Assembly: GCA_963666515.2 (NCBI GenBank)
Contig: OY762897.2
Coordinates: 192,001 to 256,000 of the forward strand
Source: Candidatus Binatia bacterium
GTDB taxonomy: Bacteria; Desulfobacterota; Binatia; UBA9968; JAJDTQ01
DNA length: 64,000 nt
Direction: 5' to 3'
Made by a program: the position numbers and the translations under genes. The stretch's first letter is position 1. The number at the start of each line of letters is the position of its first letter. A model generated the notes under the pieces. That model did not search any database. It had not been told where the DNA came from and saw only the letters and a list, made by a program, of their open reading frames with translations. Positions 18,214-27,168 of the stretch are shown piece by piece.

Positions 18214-19074
18214 CTACAGCGCCACCGCCGACTCGTAGGGTTCGTCCAGAGGCGTGTCTTCGCCGAAGAGGTTCCGGGTCGCGATCCAGCGGTGCGTCTT
18301 CTCGTACACTTCCTGGGTGTAGGGCTCGAAGACCATGCGCTCGCCGACTCCCATGGCCCTGACGTCCACCAGTTCGTGGTAGCGCTCGGGAATCTCCCTC
18401 AGGAGATAGTGCCGGAAACGCTCCGGCTCCATGTCGATGTCGCGTTGCGCGCGTTGCAGCGCCTTGAAGTACTTCTTCGCGTCCTCTTCGTCGGCGTCCG
18501 GCTCCAGCAGGAAGCCGATCATGAAGGTGGTATCGACGATCTTGCGGAAACCCTGCTGCTCCAGCACGTACATGGGCGCGCCGAAGACGTTGCCCGCCGG
18601 CACGTCGCGTTCCAGCAGCCGCGCCATGCGGTCCAGCGGCCGGCCGGCGAACTGCAGCTTGACCTCGGAAGAATCGAGAATGGGCTCTAGCGCCTGCAGC
18701 GCCGAGAAATGGCTCCCGGAGTGATACCCTACCGCGATCTCCACGTTGGCCAGGTCGCTGGGCTTGCGGATTTCGGACTCGGGCGGCACGAAGATGCCCG
18801 AAGGCGTCACAGAGTAGGCGTGTCCCCACATGCGGCCGTGCTGCCCGGTGGCGGCCACGTTGACCATCCAGTGACACGCTGAACTGATGTCGCAGGCACG
18901 GCCGTCCTTCATGTCCTCCAGGGCTCCGTGACGGACTTCCTTGGGCTTTTCGGACTGCTGCGAAACGATGCCGAAGACGAACTCGTAGTCCAGCCCTTCG
19001 GCCTTGAAATAGCCCAGCTCCTCCGCCACCCATTCCTGGAGCCTGCCGTGCGGCTGTACGCGAAATTTTGCCAT
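18214..19074 (-). CDS. PBP2-fold (NMT1/THI5/TauA-like) protein without signal peptide
   Basis: WVAEELGYFKAEGLDY, S.IRKPSDLAN..IAVG..SGSH; no hydrophobic N-terminus. Confidence 0.75.
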   Translation of the reverse strand: MAKFRVQPHGRLQEWVAEELGYFKAEGLDYEFVFGIVSQQSEKPKEVRHGALEDMKDGRACDISSACHWMVNVAATGQHGRMWGHAYSVTPSGIFVPPESEIRKPSDLANVEIAVGYHSGSHFSALQALEPILDSSEVKLQFAGRPLDRMARLLERDVPAGNVFGAPMYVLEQQGFRKIVDTTFMIGFLLEPDADEEDAKKYFKALQRAQRDIDMEPERFRHYLLREIPERYHELVDVRAMGVGERMVFEPYTQEVYEKTHRWIATRNLFGEDTPLDEPYESAVAL

Positions 19075-19123
19075 GGTTCCGTTCCTTCCGAGTGCGTGAT
19101 TCCGACGAAACGTCGATGACACC

Positions 19124-19152
19124 ACGTTAATGGAAGGGCGGCGGCGCGTCAA
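19124..19152 (-). promoter_or_regulatory. Putative sigma70 promoter of the PBP2-fold gene
   Basis: Minus strand TTGACG-N17-TAACGT. Confidence 0.45.
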
Positions 19153-19182
19153 CGGCTACAGGGCCGAGCCGGCCGGAACCAT

Positions 19183-19220
19183 GAAAGGGGGCCTCCCGCC
19201 ACCGGGCGGGAAGCCCCTTC
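19183..19220 (-). terminator. Probable intrinsic terminator after the lamin-tail gene
   Basis: Minus strand GAAGGGGCTTCCCGCC-CGGT-GGCGGGAGGCCCCCTTTC long stem. Confidence 0.55.
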
Positions 19221-19250
19221 TATTCCGGCAAGCCGGAGCCGGACGTGCAC

Positions 19251-19898
19251 TCAGCGGTTCTCCTTCACCACCTCCACGTGCTCGGAAGTCGTCCGCTCGT
19301 CGCCGCTGGTCTCCCCGGGTGAGGCTATGAATGTCTGGTCGGCGTTAACCAATCCGGGGGTAGCGCGATCCGGCCCATGCCAGGCGAAGTCGGCCAGGGC
19401 ATTGCCGGAGCCCCTGAGCTGGAGCGAATGGCCGGGCTGCGTGTTGTTGGTCTCGCGGACGCCGATGTCCGTGGCCGCAAGGCCCTCCGCCGGTCCGGAA
19501 ACCGCGGTAAAGCCGCCCTCGTAGCTCATGAACTGGACTACTTCGTTGTCCGGGTTGACCAGCGCGACGCCGTCCGGCGCTCCGTTCTCCAAACGGTTGA
19601 TGGGAACGGCTACCGTGCCGTAGCCTGCCTGCTGGTCGGGAATGGACCCCTTCAGAGCGACCGTCCGGTAGGGCAGGCCGTTCTTGCCGTTGTAGAGCAC
19701 CAGGCTCCAGCCCTTCATGTCGGTGCCGGCCGGTCCGGCGACCTCCAGGCCCTCGTCGGCGTCCGCGCCGCGGTTGTCGTAGTGGATCTCGTTGATGAAC
19801 ACGTTCTGCCCCCAAGCGGGATACGCGGCCCACAGGAACAGTCCCAAAATCGCCGTGGCCGACAGCCACCGGCTCAAGCCTCTCGAAACTTCGCGCAT
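19251..19898 (-). CDS. Secreted lamin-tail domain (LTD) protein
   Basis: Signal peptide, then VFINEIHYDN.G.D..E..EVAGPAGTD..GWSLVLYNG, LENGAPDGVALV, QFMSYEG, ATPG. Confidence 0.85.
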   Translation of the reverse strand: MREVSRGLSRWLSATAILGLFLWAAYPAWGQNVFINEIHYDNRGADADEGLEVAGPAGTDMKGWSLVLYNGKNGLPYRTVALKGSIPDQQAGYGTVAVPINRLENGAPDGVALVNPDNEVVQFMSYEGGFTAVSGPAEGLAATDIGVRETNNTQPGHSLQLRGSGNALADFAWHGPDRATPGLVNADQTFIASPGETSGDERTTSEHVEVVKENR

Positions 19899-20064
19899 GG
19901 TTGCACCTCCTTCGCGCAAGGCGTTTGATCATGCCGGGTCGTGATGTCCCGGCCCCTGTATTATTGAATCGCCGGAAACGCCGGAAACTTTAGCCCGGAT
20001 TTCCGATTTCGAAGATGTGGGGACGGCGTGTATCGACCGGCAGCGCGGTTTTCGGAGCGGCGGA

Positions 20065-21378
20065 TCAGTTCATCAGCCCCGGCAGCCACAGCACCAGGGC
20101 GGGAAAGAGGATCATCAGCGCCATCACCAGGAGGTTCAGCCCGACGAAGGGGAGGGCGGCCCGGTAGATGTCGCCCATGGTGGTGCCGGGCGAGGCGATG
20201 CCCTTCATGACGAACAGCGAGAGCCCGAAGGGCGGCGAGATGGTGGCCAGCTCCAGATTGAGGAGCATGATGGCCCCGAACCAGACCGGGTCCCATCCCA
20301 GGGCGTTGACGATGGGCATGTAGATGGGGATGGTCACCAGCACGATGGAGGTCTGCTCGATGAACATGCCCAGGAACACCAGCACCACCTGCATCAGGAT
20401 GAGGATGACGATGGGGTGAACCGGAAGACCCACCACCAGGTTGGTGATCCCCGCGGTGACGCCGGTGAAGGCCAGCACTTGGCTGAAGGCGGCGGAGCCG
20501 GTGAGGATGATCAGCACCATCACCGCGATGGAGGTGGTGGCGCCCACCGCCTCCTTGGTGACGCTCCAGGTCAGCTTGCCGTAGGCCATGGCCAGCAGGA
20601 AGCAGAACAGCGCGCCCACGGCCGCGGCCTCGGTGGGCGTGGCCACGCCGAAGAAGATCGTCCCGATGACGATGATGATGACCGACACCAGCGGCACGAC
20701 GTAGCGGAAGGTGTCCGCGATACGGCGCCCCAGGGGGGTCGGCGCCACGTCATAGGCCGGCGCCAGCGAGGGTTGGAGGGTGCACCGGATGACGATGTAG
20801 GCGGCGTAGACGCCGGCCAGCAGCAGGCCGGGGATGATGATCCCCACCAGGAGCTTCCCCACCGAGATCTTGCCCAGGCTCGCCAGGATGACGCCCAGGG
20901 CGGTGGGCGGGATCATGATGGCGAGGCTGCCGCTGGCCAGGATGGGGCCGTAGGACATGGACTTGCTGTAGCCGCGCTTCTCCATGTCCGGCACCAGGGT
21001 GGAGCCCAGCATGGCCACGCTGCCCATGGCCACGCCGGTGAGGGTGGCGAACAGCGCGCCGGCGCCCACCGCGAGCAGCGACAGCCGGCCGGCGATGCGG
21101 CCCAGCCACTCGTCCAGGACGTCGATCATCTTGTAGGCCACGCCGGAGTGGAACATGACCGCCCCCATGAGGATGAACATGGGCACGGGCACCAGCACGA
21201 AGGTGGAGATGGAGCTGTCGATGCTCAAGACGAGCTGCTGCAGGCCGATGGCGCCGCCCCAGAACACGTAGACCCCGATGATGTTCACCAGCGTGAAGGC
21301 GAAGGCCACCGGCAGCCCGGTCAGCAGCAGCACGGTCAGGCCGCCGAAGAAGAACAGCATGTAGGCCCACCACTCCAC
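20065..21378 (-). CDS. dctM: TRAP transporter large permease
   Basis: PMFILMG, MIPP, ATPTEAAA, DPVWFG, SPPFG; GTG start. Confidence 0.93.
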   Translation of the reverse strand: MEWWAYMLFFFGGLTVLLLTGLPVAFAFTLVNIIGVYVFWGGAIGLQQLVLSIDSSISTFVLVPVPMFILMGAVMFHSGVAYKMIDVLDEWLGRIAGRLSLLAVGAGALFATLTGVAMGSVAMLGSTLVPDMEKRGYSKSMSYGPILASGSLAIMIPPTALGVILASLGKISVGKLLVGIIIPGLLLAGVYAAYIVIRCTLQPSLAPAYDVAPTPLGRRIADTFRYVVPLVSVIIIVIGTIFFGVATPTEAAAVGALFCFLLAMAYGKLTWSVTKEAVGATTSIAVMVLIILTGSAAFSQVLAFTGVTAGITNLVVGLPVHPIVILILMQVVLVFLGMFIEQTSIVLVTIPIYMPIVNALGWDPVWFGAIMLLNLELATISPPFGLSLFVMKGIASPGTTMGDIYRAALPFVGLNLLVMALMILFPALVLWLPGLMN

Positions 21379-21389
21379 CGGCGGTCACC

Positions 21390-21914
21390 TCAATGGCCCG
21401 GGTCGGCGACGGCGGCGGGCGGCGCGCCGCCGTCGAGGGCGCGCCGGGCCCGTCTCATGAACTGGAAGGAGAGGAGAAAGCAGCCAAGTGGAATGACGCC
21501 CAGGTTGATGACCCTGGGGATCTCGATCTCCGCCGGGATGAGGATGCCCCGCTGCCAGGACGTCACCGCCTCGACGGTGCCGTAGTAGGCGATCACCAGG
21601 CAGATCAGGGCGCCGATGACGGAATTGACGCAGGTCAGCCGGCGGCGGGTCGCGGTTCCGAGCCGGGTGACCAGCAGGTCGATGGTGACGTGCTCCTCAC
21701 GCCGGAGCACCCAGGCGGCGCCCAGGAAGGCGATGTAGACCAGCAGCGTGCCGCTGATCTGGTCGACCCCCAGCAGGCCCTCCCGGAGACCGTACCGGAA
21801 GAAGACCTTGACGGAGGTCAGGAGCATGACGGCCACCAAGAGGGCGCCCGACAGCGCCGCGCCGGCATCCAGGAGCCAGTCGAAGACGCGGATGATTTTC
21901 TTGCCGGCCGTCAT
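21390..21914 (-). CDS. dctQ: TRAP transporter small permease
   Basis: FRY..FLGAAWVLRREEHVTID; 4 TM. Confidence 0.9.
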   Translation of the reverse strand: MTAGKKIIRVFDWLLDAGAALSGALLVAVMLLTSVKVFFRYGLREGLLGVDQISGTLLVYIAFLGAAWVLRREEHVTIDLLVTRLGTATRRRLTCVNSVIGALICLVIAYYGTVEAVTSWQRGILIPAEIEIPRVINLGVIPLGCFLLSFQFMRRARRALDGGAPPAAVADPGH

Positions 21915-21930
21915 GCAGAGGCGTGAGCCG

Positions 21931-22932
21931 TCAGTTGTATCCCATCAGCTTCCTGGCCGTGGCATAGTCGTCCGCGCTCATCACGGTCTTGAAGTGCGCC
22001 CACAGGGCCTCGTTGGAGGTCTTGGCCCAGTTCTTCGCCTCGGCGTCCGAGAACTTGATGACCTTCATGCCGGCCTTCTTCATGGCCGCCAACTGATAGG
22101 CCTGGTGCGCGGACATCCATCCGGCGGACCAGCGCTGGACCGGAGCGACGGAATCCAGCATGGCCTGCTGCACGTCCTTGGACAGGCTGTTCCACTTCTT
22201 CAGGTTCACCGCGATGCCGATGCCGTCCCGGTACAGCGGGTGGCCGATGAGGAACTTGGTCACCTTGTGCCAGCCGAAGTTGGTGAAGCCGTCGTAGTAC
22301 GGCCAGGTGAAGCCTTCCACCGTGCCCCTCTCCAGGGCGAGGTAGACTTCCGACGGCGGAAGGGTCACGGGCTCCGCGCCCACCGCCTTGACGAAGAAGC
22401 GCGTCAGCGGCGGCACCCGGATCTTCATGCCCTTCAGGTCGGCCGGGCTCGAAACCTCCTTCTGGGTGGACATGAAATGGTTGCCGGTGTTCCGGTCGCC
22501 CGAGAAGGCGCCGAGGTAGCGGACGCCCTGCTTCTCGTACATCTTGACCATGAAGTCGTGCAGCGCGTTCCCCGGCCCGCCGTCGGGAGGCTCCATGGGC
22601 GACAGCTCGGTCACGTATCCCGGCTTGACCACGCCCGCCCAGTAGTTCAGGGCGCCGTACCAGACGTCGAACACGCCCCGCACCAGCGCTTCGGGCTGGT
22701 CGAAGGTCGGCACGACCTCCCGCGCGCCCTTGAAGTTGATCACCACCTTGCCGTTGGCGCGCCGGTTCACCTCTTCCATGTAGCGGATGCCGACGTCGGC
22801 CGCGGACGAGACCCCCGGAGGCCATGAGCCCACCATGTTCAATTTCGTCTGGGCGGATGCTTGTTCGGCTCCGCTCCAGAACAGCGCCAGAGCCGCCACC
22901 ACGAATACTCCGATCAAGCCGTTTCGCTTCAT
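21931..22932 (-). CDS. dctP: TRAP transporter substrate-binding protein
   Basis: Signal peptide, DLKGMKIRV, EVYLALERGTVEG, KWNSLS. Confidence 0.92.
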   Translation of the reverse strand: MKRNGLIGVFVVAALALFWSGAEQASAQTKLNMVGSWPPGVSSAADVGIRYMEEVNRRANGKVVINFKGAREVVPTFDQPEALVRGVFDVWYGALNYWAGVVKPGYVTELSPMEPPDGGPGNALHDFMVKMYEKQGVRYLGAFSGDRNTGNHFMSTQKEVSSPADLKGMKIRVPPLTRFFVKAVGAEPVTLPPSEVYLALERGTVEGFTWPYYDGFTNFGWHKVTKFLIGHPLYRDGIGIAVNLKKWNSLSKDVQQAMLDSVAPVQRWSAGWMSAHQAYQLAAMKKAGMKVIKFSDAEAKNWAKTSNEALWAHFKTVMSADDYATARKLMGYN

Positions 22933-23022
22933 CTTCGCTCCTCCTCTCGGGACGCCCACTTGCAGAGGCGTCCACAACGCGAAAGTTCCGGGAACTCGCG
23001 GTTCCCGCCGAAGCCCGGCCCG

Positions 23023-23051
23023 ATTAGACGCCTTTGCCGGAACCCTGTCAA
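23023..23051 (-). promoter_or_regulatory. Putative sigma70 promoter of TRAP operon 2
   Basis: Minus strand TTGACA-N17-TCTAAT. Confidence 0.6.
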
Positions 23052-23096
23052 CATGTTTCGGCGGCGGGAAAGGTCCTTGATTCGGTATGCGAAGAC

Positions 23097-23705
23097 TCAG
23101 GTGCGGAACATGGCGGGCACGTAGCGCGGCGCCCCGATGGCGTCCATGAAGCGCTGCTTCATCATGGGCGGGTTCATGGGGAACGCCGGCTTCACCGGCG
23201 GTATGTCGGGCTCGGTGGCCAGCACCAGGAAGGAGGGACTCTCCTCCGCCAGGGCCGGCGGCAGGAGCGCCCGGAAGGCTTCGAGGGAGGCCACGTTCTG
23301 TGCCTTGCCGATGCCGGCGGAACGGGCTAGGGCCGCCAGGTCCAGTTCGGTGCTGGTGAGCGGCTGACCCCCGGACGCCGCGTGGATGTTGTTGTTCACC
23401 AGCAGCACGGTGAGGTTTTTCGGAGCGACCGATCCCACCGTGATCAGCGTTCCCAGATGCATCATCAGGCCGCCGTCGCCTTCCACCGCCACCACTCGCC
23501 GTTGCGGCTGGGATACGGCCAGACCCAGGGCCAGCGGCAGGGCCAGCCCCATGGCGTCTTCCAGGTAGAAGTTCTCCGGGCGGTCGCAGACGTTGGACCA
23601 GACGTACGAGGCGTTGCCCAGGGAGGTGACCACCAGGGTCTCGGCCGACACGCACTCGGCGAGCACGCGGTAGTAGGCTTTCCGTGTCGGTCTTGATTCG
23701 CTCAC
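23097..23705 (-). CDS. TPP-dependent decarboxylase beta subunit (sulfopyruvate/phosphonopyruvate decarboxylase, ComE-like)
   Basis: AMGLA..LGLA, EGDGGLMM..NNN TPP motif, SGGQP; GTGA overlap with the alpha stop. Confidence 0.82.
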   Translation of the reverse strand: MSESRPTRKAYYRVLAECVSAETLVVTSLGNASYVWSNVCDRPENFYLEDAMGLALPLALGLAVSQPQRRVVAVEGDGGLMMHLGTLITVGSVAPKNLTVLLVNNNIHAASGGQPLTSTELDLAALARSAGIGKAQNVASLEAFRALLPPALAEESPSFLVLATEPDIPPVKPAFPMNPPMMKQRFMDAIGAPRYVPAMFRT

Positions 23706-24217
23706 CAGCGGATGTCCTCGCTGTCCAGCAACAGCACGAAGGGCGCCGAGCCCTCCTCGGCAAAGGTCGCGGCGCGTTCCACCTGCGCGCCGATGGGGCG
23801 GTCCGGTTGGGCCACGGCATACGAGACCCCGTACGCCCGCAGCACCGGCTCCGTCGCCCGCCCCTTGGGGACGTGGTAGAAGACCGGGTCCCGCGGCGAC
23901 CCCCGGTACGAGGCCAGGATAAGGATGGGGAACTGGTAGCGCTGGGCCAAGCATACCATGCCGGCGCCGGTGGTCAGAAGCCCGACGTTCTGAATCAGCA
24001 GCACCGTGCGCGCCCCGCCAAGCCGCGCGCCGCAGGAGATGGACAGGGCCTCCTCCTCGTGGGTGGCGCGGATGAGGGTCATCTCGGGATCCTCCTCGAT
24101 CTTCTCCATGAAGACCCCGATCCAACTGTCGGGAACCGAGACCACGACGCTCACGCCGGCCCGCTTCAGGGCGGCCAGCAGCTCGCTCGGCCGATGGTTC
24201 GTGGTTTCCTCGCTCAT
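23702..24217 (-). CDS. TPP-dependent decarboxylase alpha subunit (ComD-like)
   Basis: VPDSW, HEEEA...CGA.LGG, QNVGL, SYRG. Confidence 0.82.
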   Translation of the reverse strand: MSEETTNHRPSELLAALKRAGVSVVVSVPDSWIGVFMEKIEEDPEMTLIRATHEEEALSISCGARLGGARTVLLIQNVGLLTTGAGMVCLAQRYQFPILILASYRGSPRDPVFYHVPKGRATEPVLRAYGVSYAVAQPDRPIGAQVERAATFAEEGSAPFVLLLDSEDIRW

Positions 24218-24240
24218 GTATTCGCACCCCGGCGTCGCCC

Positions 24241-24300
24241 GCGGTGGAACAGCGCCTTCCGCCGTCCCCCGCGGTGGAACAGCGCCTTCCGCCGTCCCCC
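24241..24300. repeat. Perfect 30-bp tandem repeat x2, each unit a hairpin
   Basis: GCGGTGGAACAGCGCCTTCCGCCGTCCCCC twice, no spacer. Confidence 0.9.
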
Positions 24301-24392
24301 GGCGGGTCGGACCGGATCATATCCAACGTGACTACGGATCACAAGACGGAACTGGTATGAAGGCGAGTGAAGGGACCCGCCAGAAACCCGCC

Positions 24393-25253
24393 ATGCGTAT
24401 TTTCGCCATATCCGACGTGCACGCGGACTACCCGGAGAACATGGCCCTGCTGCAGGCCCTCTCCGGTCAGGAGCACCAGCGGGACACCTTGCTGTTGGCG
24501 GGGGACGTGACCGACAACCTCGCCAGGCTGACCCGGGTCCTCCAAGGTCTGCGCGAACGGTTTGCCCACGTCTTCTTCGTGCCCGGGAACCACGAGCTGT
24601 GGGTGCGCGGCGGCGAGTCCGGAGACTCCGTGGCCAAGTTCGAGAGAATCATGCGGTTGTGCGCCGACCTCGGGGTGGCAACGAGCCCGGCCAAGGTCGC
24701 TACCGGCGCCGGGGACCCCGGAGCCTGGGTGGTGCCGCTTTTCTCGTGGTACGTGAAGCCCGAGCAGGGCGACGACAGCCTCTACATCCCCGGGGACGGC
24801 GACGACCCGAGCCTCTCGATGTGGGTGGATGAATTCCTCACCCGGTGGCCGGAACGCCTGTCCGTGGCGGACTACTTCCTCGACATGAACAAGCCCCACC
24901 TCCATCGCGAATACGACGCGCCGGTCCTGTCGTTCAGCCACTTCCTGCCCAGACAGGAGATGATGTTTCGCTCGCCGGCCCTACCATCCCCGCGAGTCGT
25001 CCGCGCCGTTCGCACCGCCCGTGCCGCCCGGTTCAACTTCAGCCGGGTGGCGGGCAGCGTCCGGATCGAGGCGCAGATCCGAGCGTTGGGCTCGGTGCTG
25101 CACGTCCACGGCCACCAGCACCGCAACCGCGACCGGGTCATCGACGGCGTGCGCTACGTCTCCAACTGCCTGGGCTATCCGCCGGAGCGCGCCCGGGGCG
25201 AGATCGGTGAATCGGCCGGCAGTCTCAAGCTCGTGTGGGACACGGGCTCTTAG
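24393..25253 (+). CDS. Calcineurin-like metallophosphoesterase
   Basis: ISDVH, AGD, PGNHELW, SHFLP, HGHQH; alternative start at 24357. Confidence 0.88.
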   Translation: MRIFAISDVHADYPENMALLQALSGQEHQRDTLLLAGDVTDNLARLTRVLQGLRERFAHVFFVPGNHELWVRGGESGDSVAKFERIMRLCADLGVATSPAKVATGAGDPGAWVVPLFSWYVKPEQGDDSLYIPGDGDDPSLSMWVDEFLTRWPERLSVADYFLDMNKPHLHREYDAPVLSFSHFLPRQEMMFRSPALPSPRVVRAVRTARAARFNFSRVAGSVRIEAQIRALGSVLHVHGHQHRNRDRVIDGVRYVSNCLGYPPERARGEIGESAGSLKLVWDTGS

Positions 25254-26011
25254 TGGATGATCCCGCCGCCTTCCACCACCAGCAACTGCCCGGTCATGAA
25301 GTCGCTGTCGGCGCTGGCGAGGAACAGCGCGGTGCCGGTGACGTCCTCCGGCACCTCGACGCGCTTGAAGGCGCGGCGGCCAGCGCTGTCGGCGCGGCGC
25401 TTGCGTATTTCGTCGGTGATGACGTCCTCGCTCATAGTGGAGCCGGGGGTCATGCAGTTCACGTTGATGTTCCAGTCGCCGAGTTGGCGGGCCATCACCC
25501 GTGTTAGCCCGACCACGCCGCCCTTGGAACTGGTGTAGTGGGGCATGTTGCTGGTGCCGTTAAGGAAGGTGCCGGAGGCGATGGTGATGATCTTCCCGGA
25601 CTTCTGCTCCTTCATGACCGGGATGACCGCGCGGCAGCACATGAAGACACCCTTGAGGTTCACCTCCATGACCCGGTCCCACTCGTCCAGCGGGCAGTCC
25701 TCGACCCGGCCCATCCACATCTTCTGGGTCACGTAGATGGCCGCGTTGTTGAGCAGCACGTCGATGCGGCCGAACCGGTCGAGGGTTTCGGCTACGAGTC
25801 CCTCGATGCTGTCGTATTTCGTGACGTCGGTGGTTCTGGCCCACCCTGTCTGGCCCGCGCGATTCAACTCGTCGGCAACTGATTCTCCGGCCGCAGCATC
25901 GATGTCGGCGATGACCACCCGCGCTCCTTCCTCCGCGAACCGCTTGGCGTAAGCCTTGCCGAGCCCGTGTCCGCCCCCCGTGATGATGGTGACCTTGTCC
26001 TTGAGTCGCAT
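25250..26011 (-). CDS. Short-chain dehydrogenase/reductase
   Basis: TGGGHGLG, NNA, YTSSK catalytic motif, FMTGQLLVVEGG. Confidence 0.93.
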   Translation of the reverse strand: MRLKDKVTIITGGGHGLGKAYAKRFAEEGARVVIADIDAAAGESVADELNRAGQTGWARTTDVTKYDSIEGLVAETLDRFGRIDVLLNNAAIYVTQKMWMGRVEDCPLDEWDRVMEVNLKGVFMCCRAVIPVMKEQKSGKIITIASGTFLNGTSNMPHYTSSKGGVVGLTRVMARQLGDWNINVNCMTPGSTMSEDVITDEIRKRRADSAGRRAFKRVEVPEDVTGTALFLASADSDFMTGQLLVVEGGGIIH

Positions 26012-26167
26012 GGCGCCTCCCCGTTTCGGATGGCGGCGAGTATAGCACACGGCCCGGACAATCCCGTGGCGCTCCGCGCCGATTGATCTAACCCTGCCGG
26101 AAGGCGTACAAAGGGAGACGCGGCGGCGCCGCGCATTCGGACCATTCGGACACACAGGAGGTTCACC

Positions 26168-26497
26168 GTGCAATTCGTTCGATTGTTCACCGGGGACGAC
26201 GGCCAATCCCATTTCGAGGATATGGACATGAGCGCCGAGGGCGGCTACTTCTTCGAGACCCTGCCGGTCACCGGGCTGGTGCTGAAGAACGATCCGGCCA
26301 CCCATCTGGGCGACTTTCACACCGCGCCCCGGCGGCAGTACTGCATCACCCTATCGGGCTCCGCCGAAATCCGGGTGGGCGACGGCACGTCTCGGACCTT
26401 CGTGGCCGGAGACGTCTTTCTCGCCGAGGACGTCACCGGGCAGGGCCACACGCTGACGCCGAACGACTGGGCCAGGGCTTTCGTTCACATCGAATAG
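26168..26497 (+). CDS. Cupin-like protein
   Basis: DDGQSHFED, FHTAPRRQY, GDVFLAEDVTGQGH; SD AGGAGG. Confidence 0.8.
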   Translation: MQFVRLFTGDDGQSHFEDMDMSAEGGYFFETLPVTGLVLKNDPATHLGDFHTAPRRQYCITLSGSAEIRVGDGTSRTFVAGDVFLAEDVTGQGHTLTPNDWARAFVHIE

Positions 26498-26571
26498 AGA
26501 ACGGGTCAAAATGGTCACGGGTGGCGCCACGCCCGAGACTTCTCAACGCATGTACGGAAAGGAGACGCAGC

Positions 26572-27084
26572 ATGAGCAGTGAGGAAAAATCCCCGATCAA
26601 GGTCAAGAAGATCGGCCACGTGGTGTTCAACGTGAGCGACCTGGAGCGCAGCACGAAGTTCTGGACGGAGATCATGGGCTTCAAGGTATCGGACGTGAAT
26701 GAGCGCGGCATGGTGTTCCTGCGCAACGCGTCGGACCACCATGCCGTGGCGTTGTTCCCCTCCAAGTCGAACAAGGGGCAGCCCGAGCCGGATCAGGTGG
26801 CGTTCAACCACTTCGCGATGGAGGTAGGAAGCGTCACCGAGCTGTTCAATATCCGCGAGTTTCTGAAGGCCAACAACGTGCCCATCCTGTACGAGGGCCG
26901 CAGGGGTCCGGGCTGCAACCCGGGAGTAGAGTTCACCGATCCCGACGGCTTCCAGATCGAGCTGTACGCCTCCATGGACCAGATCGGCTGGGAAGGCGAG
27001 AGCCGGCCGGCCGAGCAGTGGTCCCGCGCCACCACGCTGGAGGAAGTGCTGGAGAAGCCGATCCCGGGCGTTTCCTACGAGTAA
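26572..27084 (+). CDS. VOC (glyoxalase/extradiol dioxygenase) family protein
   Basis: IGHVVFNVSD, DHHAVAL, NHFAMEV, FTDPDGFQIEL. Confidence 0.88.
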   Translation: MSSEEKSPIKVKKIGHVVFNVSDLERSTKFWTEIMGFKVSDVNERGMVFLRNASDHHAVALFPSKSNKGQPEPDQVAFNHFAMEVGSVTELFNIREFLKANNVPILYEGRRGPGCNPGVEFTDPDGFQIELYASMDQIGWEGESRPAEQWSRATTLEEVLEKPIPGVSYE

Positions 27085-27168
27085 TCTGCATCACCGTGGA
27101 GGGAGGGGCGGGCACGCGGGTCTCCTCCCTCCGCTCCATCCAACTAATCGCTGAGGGACAGAGGCGCG

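Noticed and set aside
24241-24300. CRISPR array
   Set aside because: Two adjacent repeats with no spacer, and no cas genes.
23097-24326. Fused or frameshifted ComDE, or selenocysteine read-through
   Set aside because: Ordinary GTGA stop/start overlap of two subunits in different frames.
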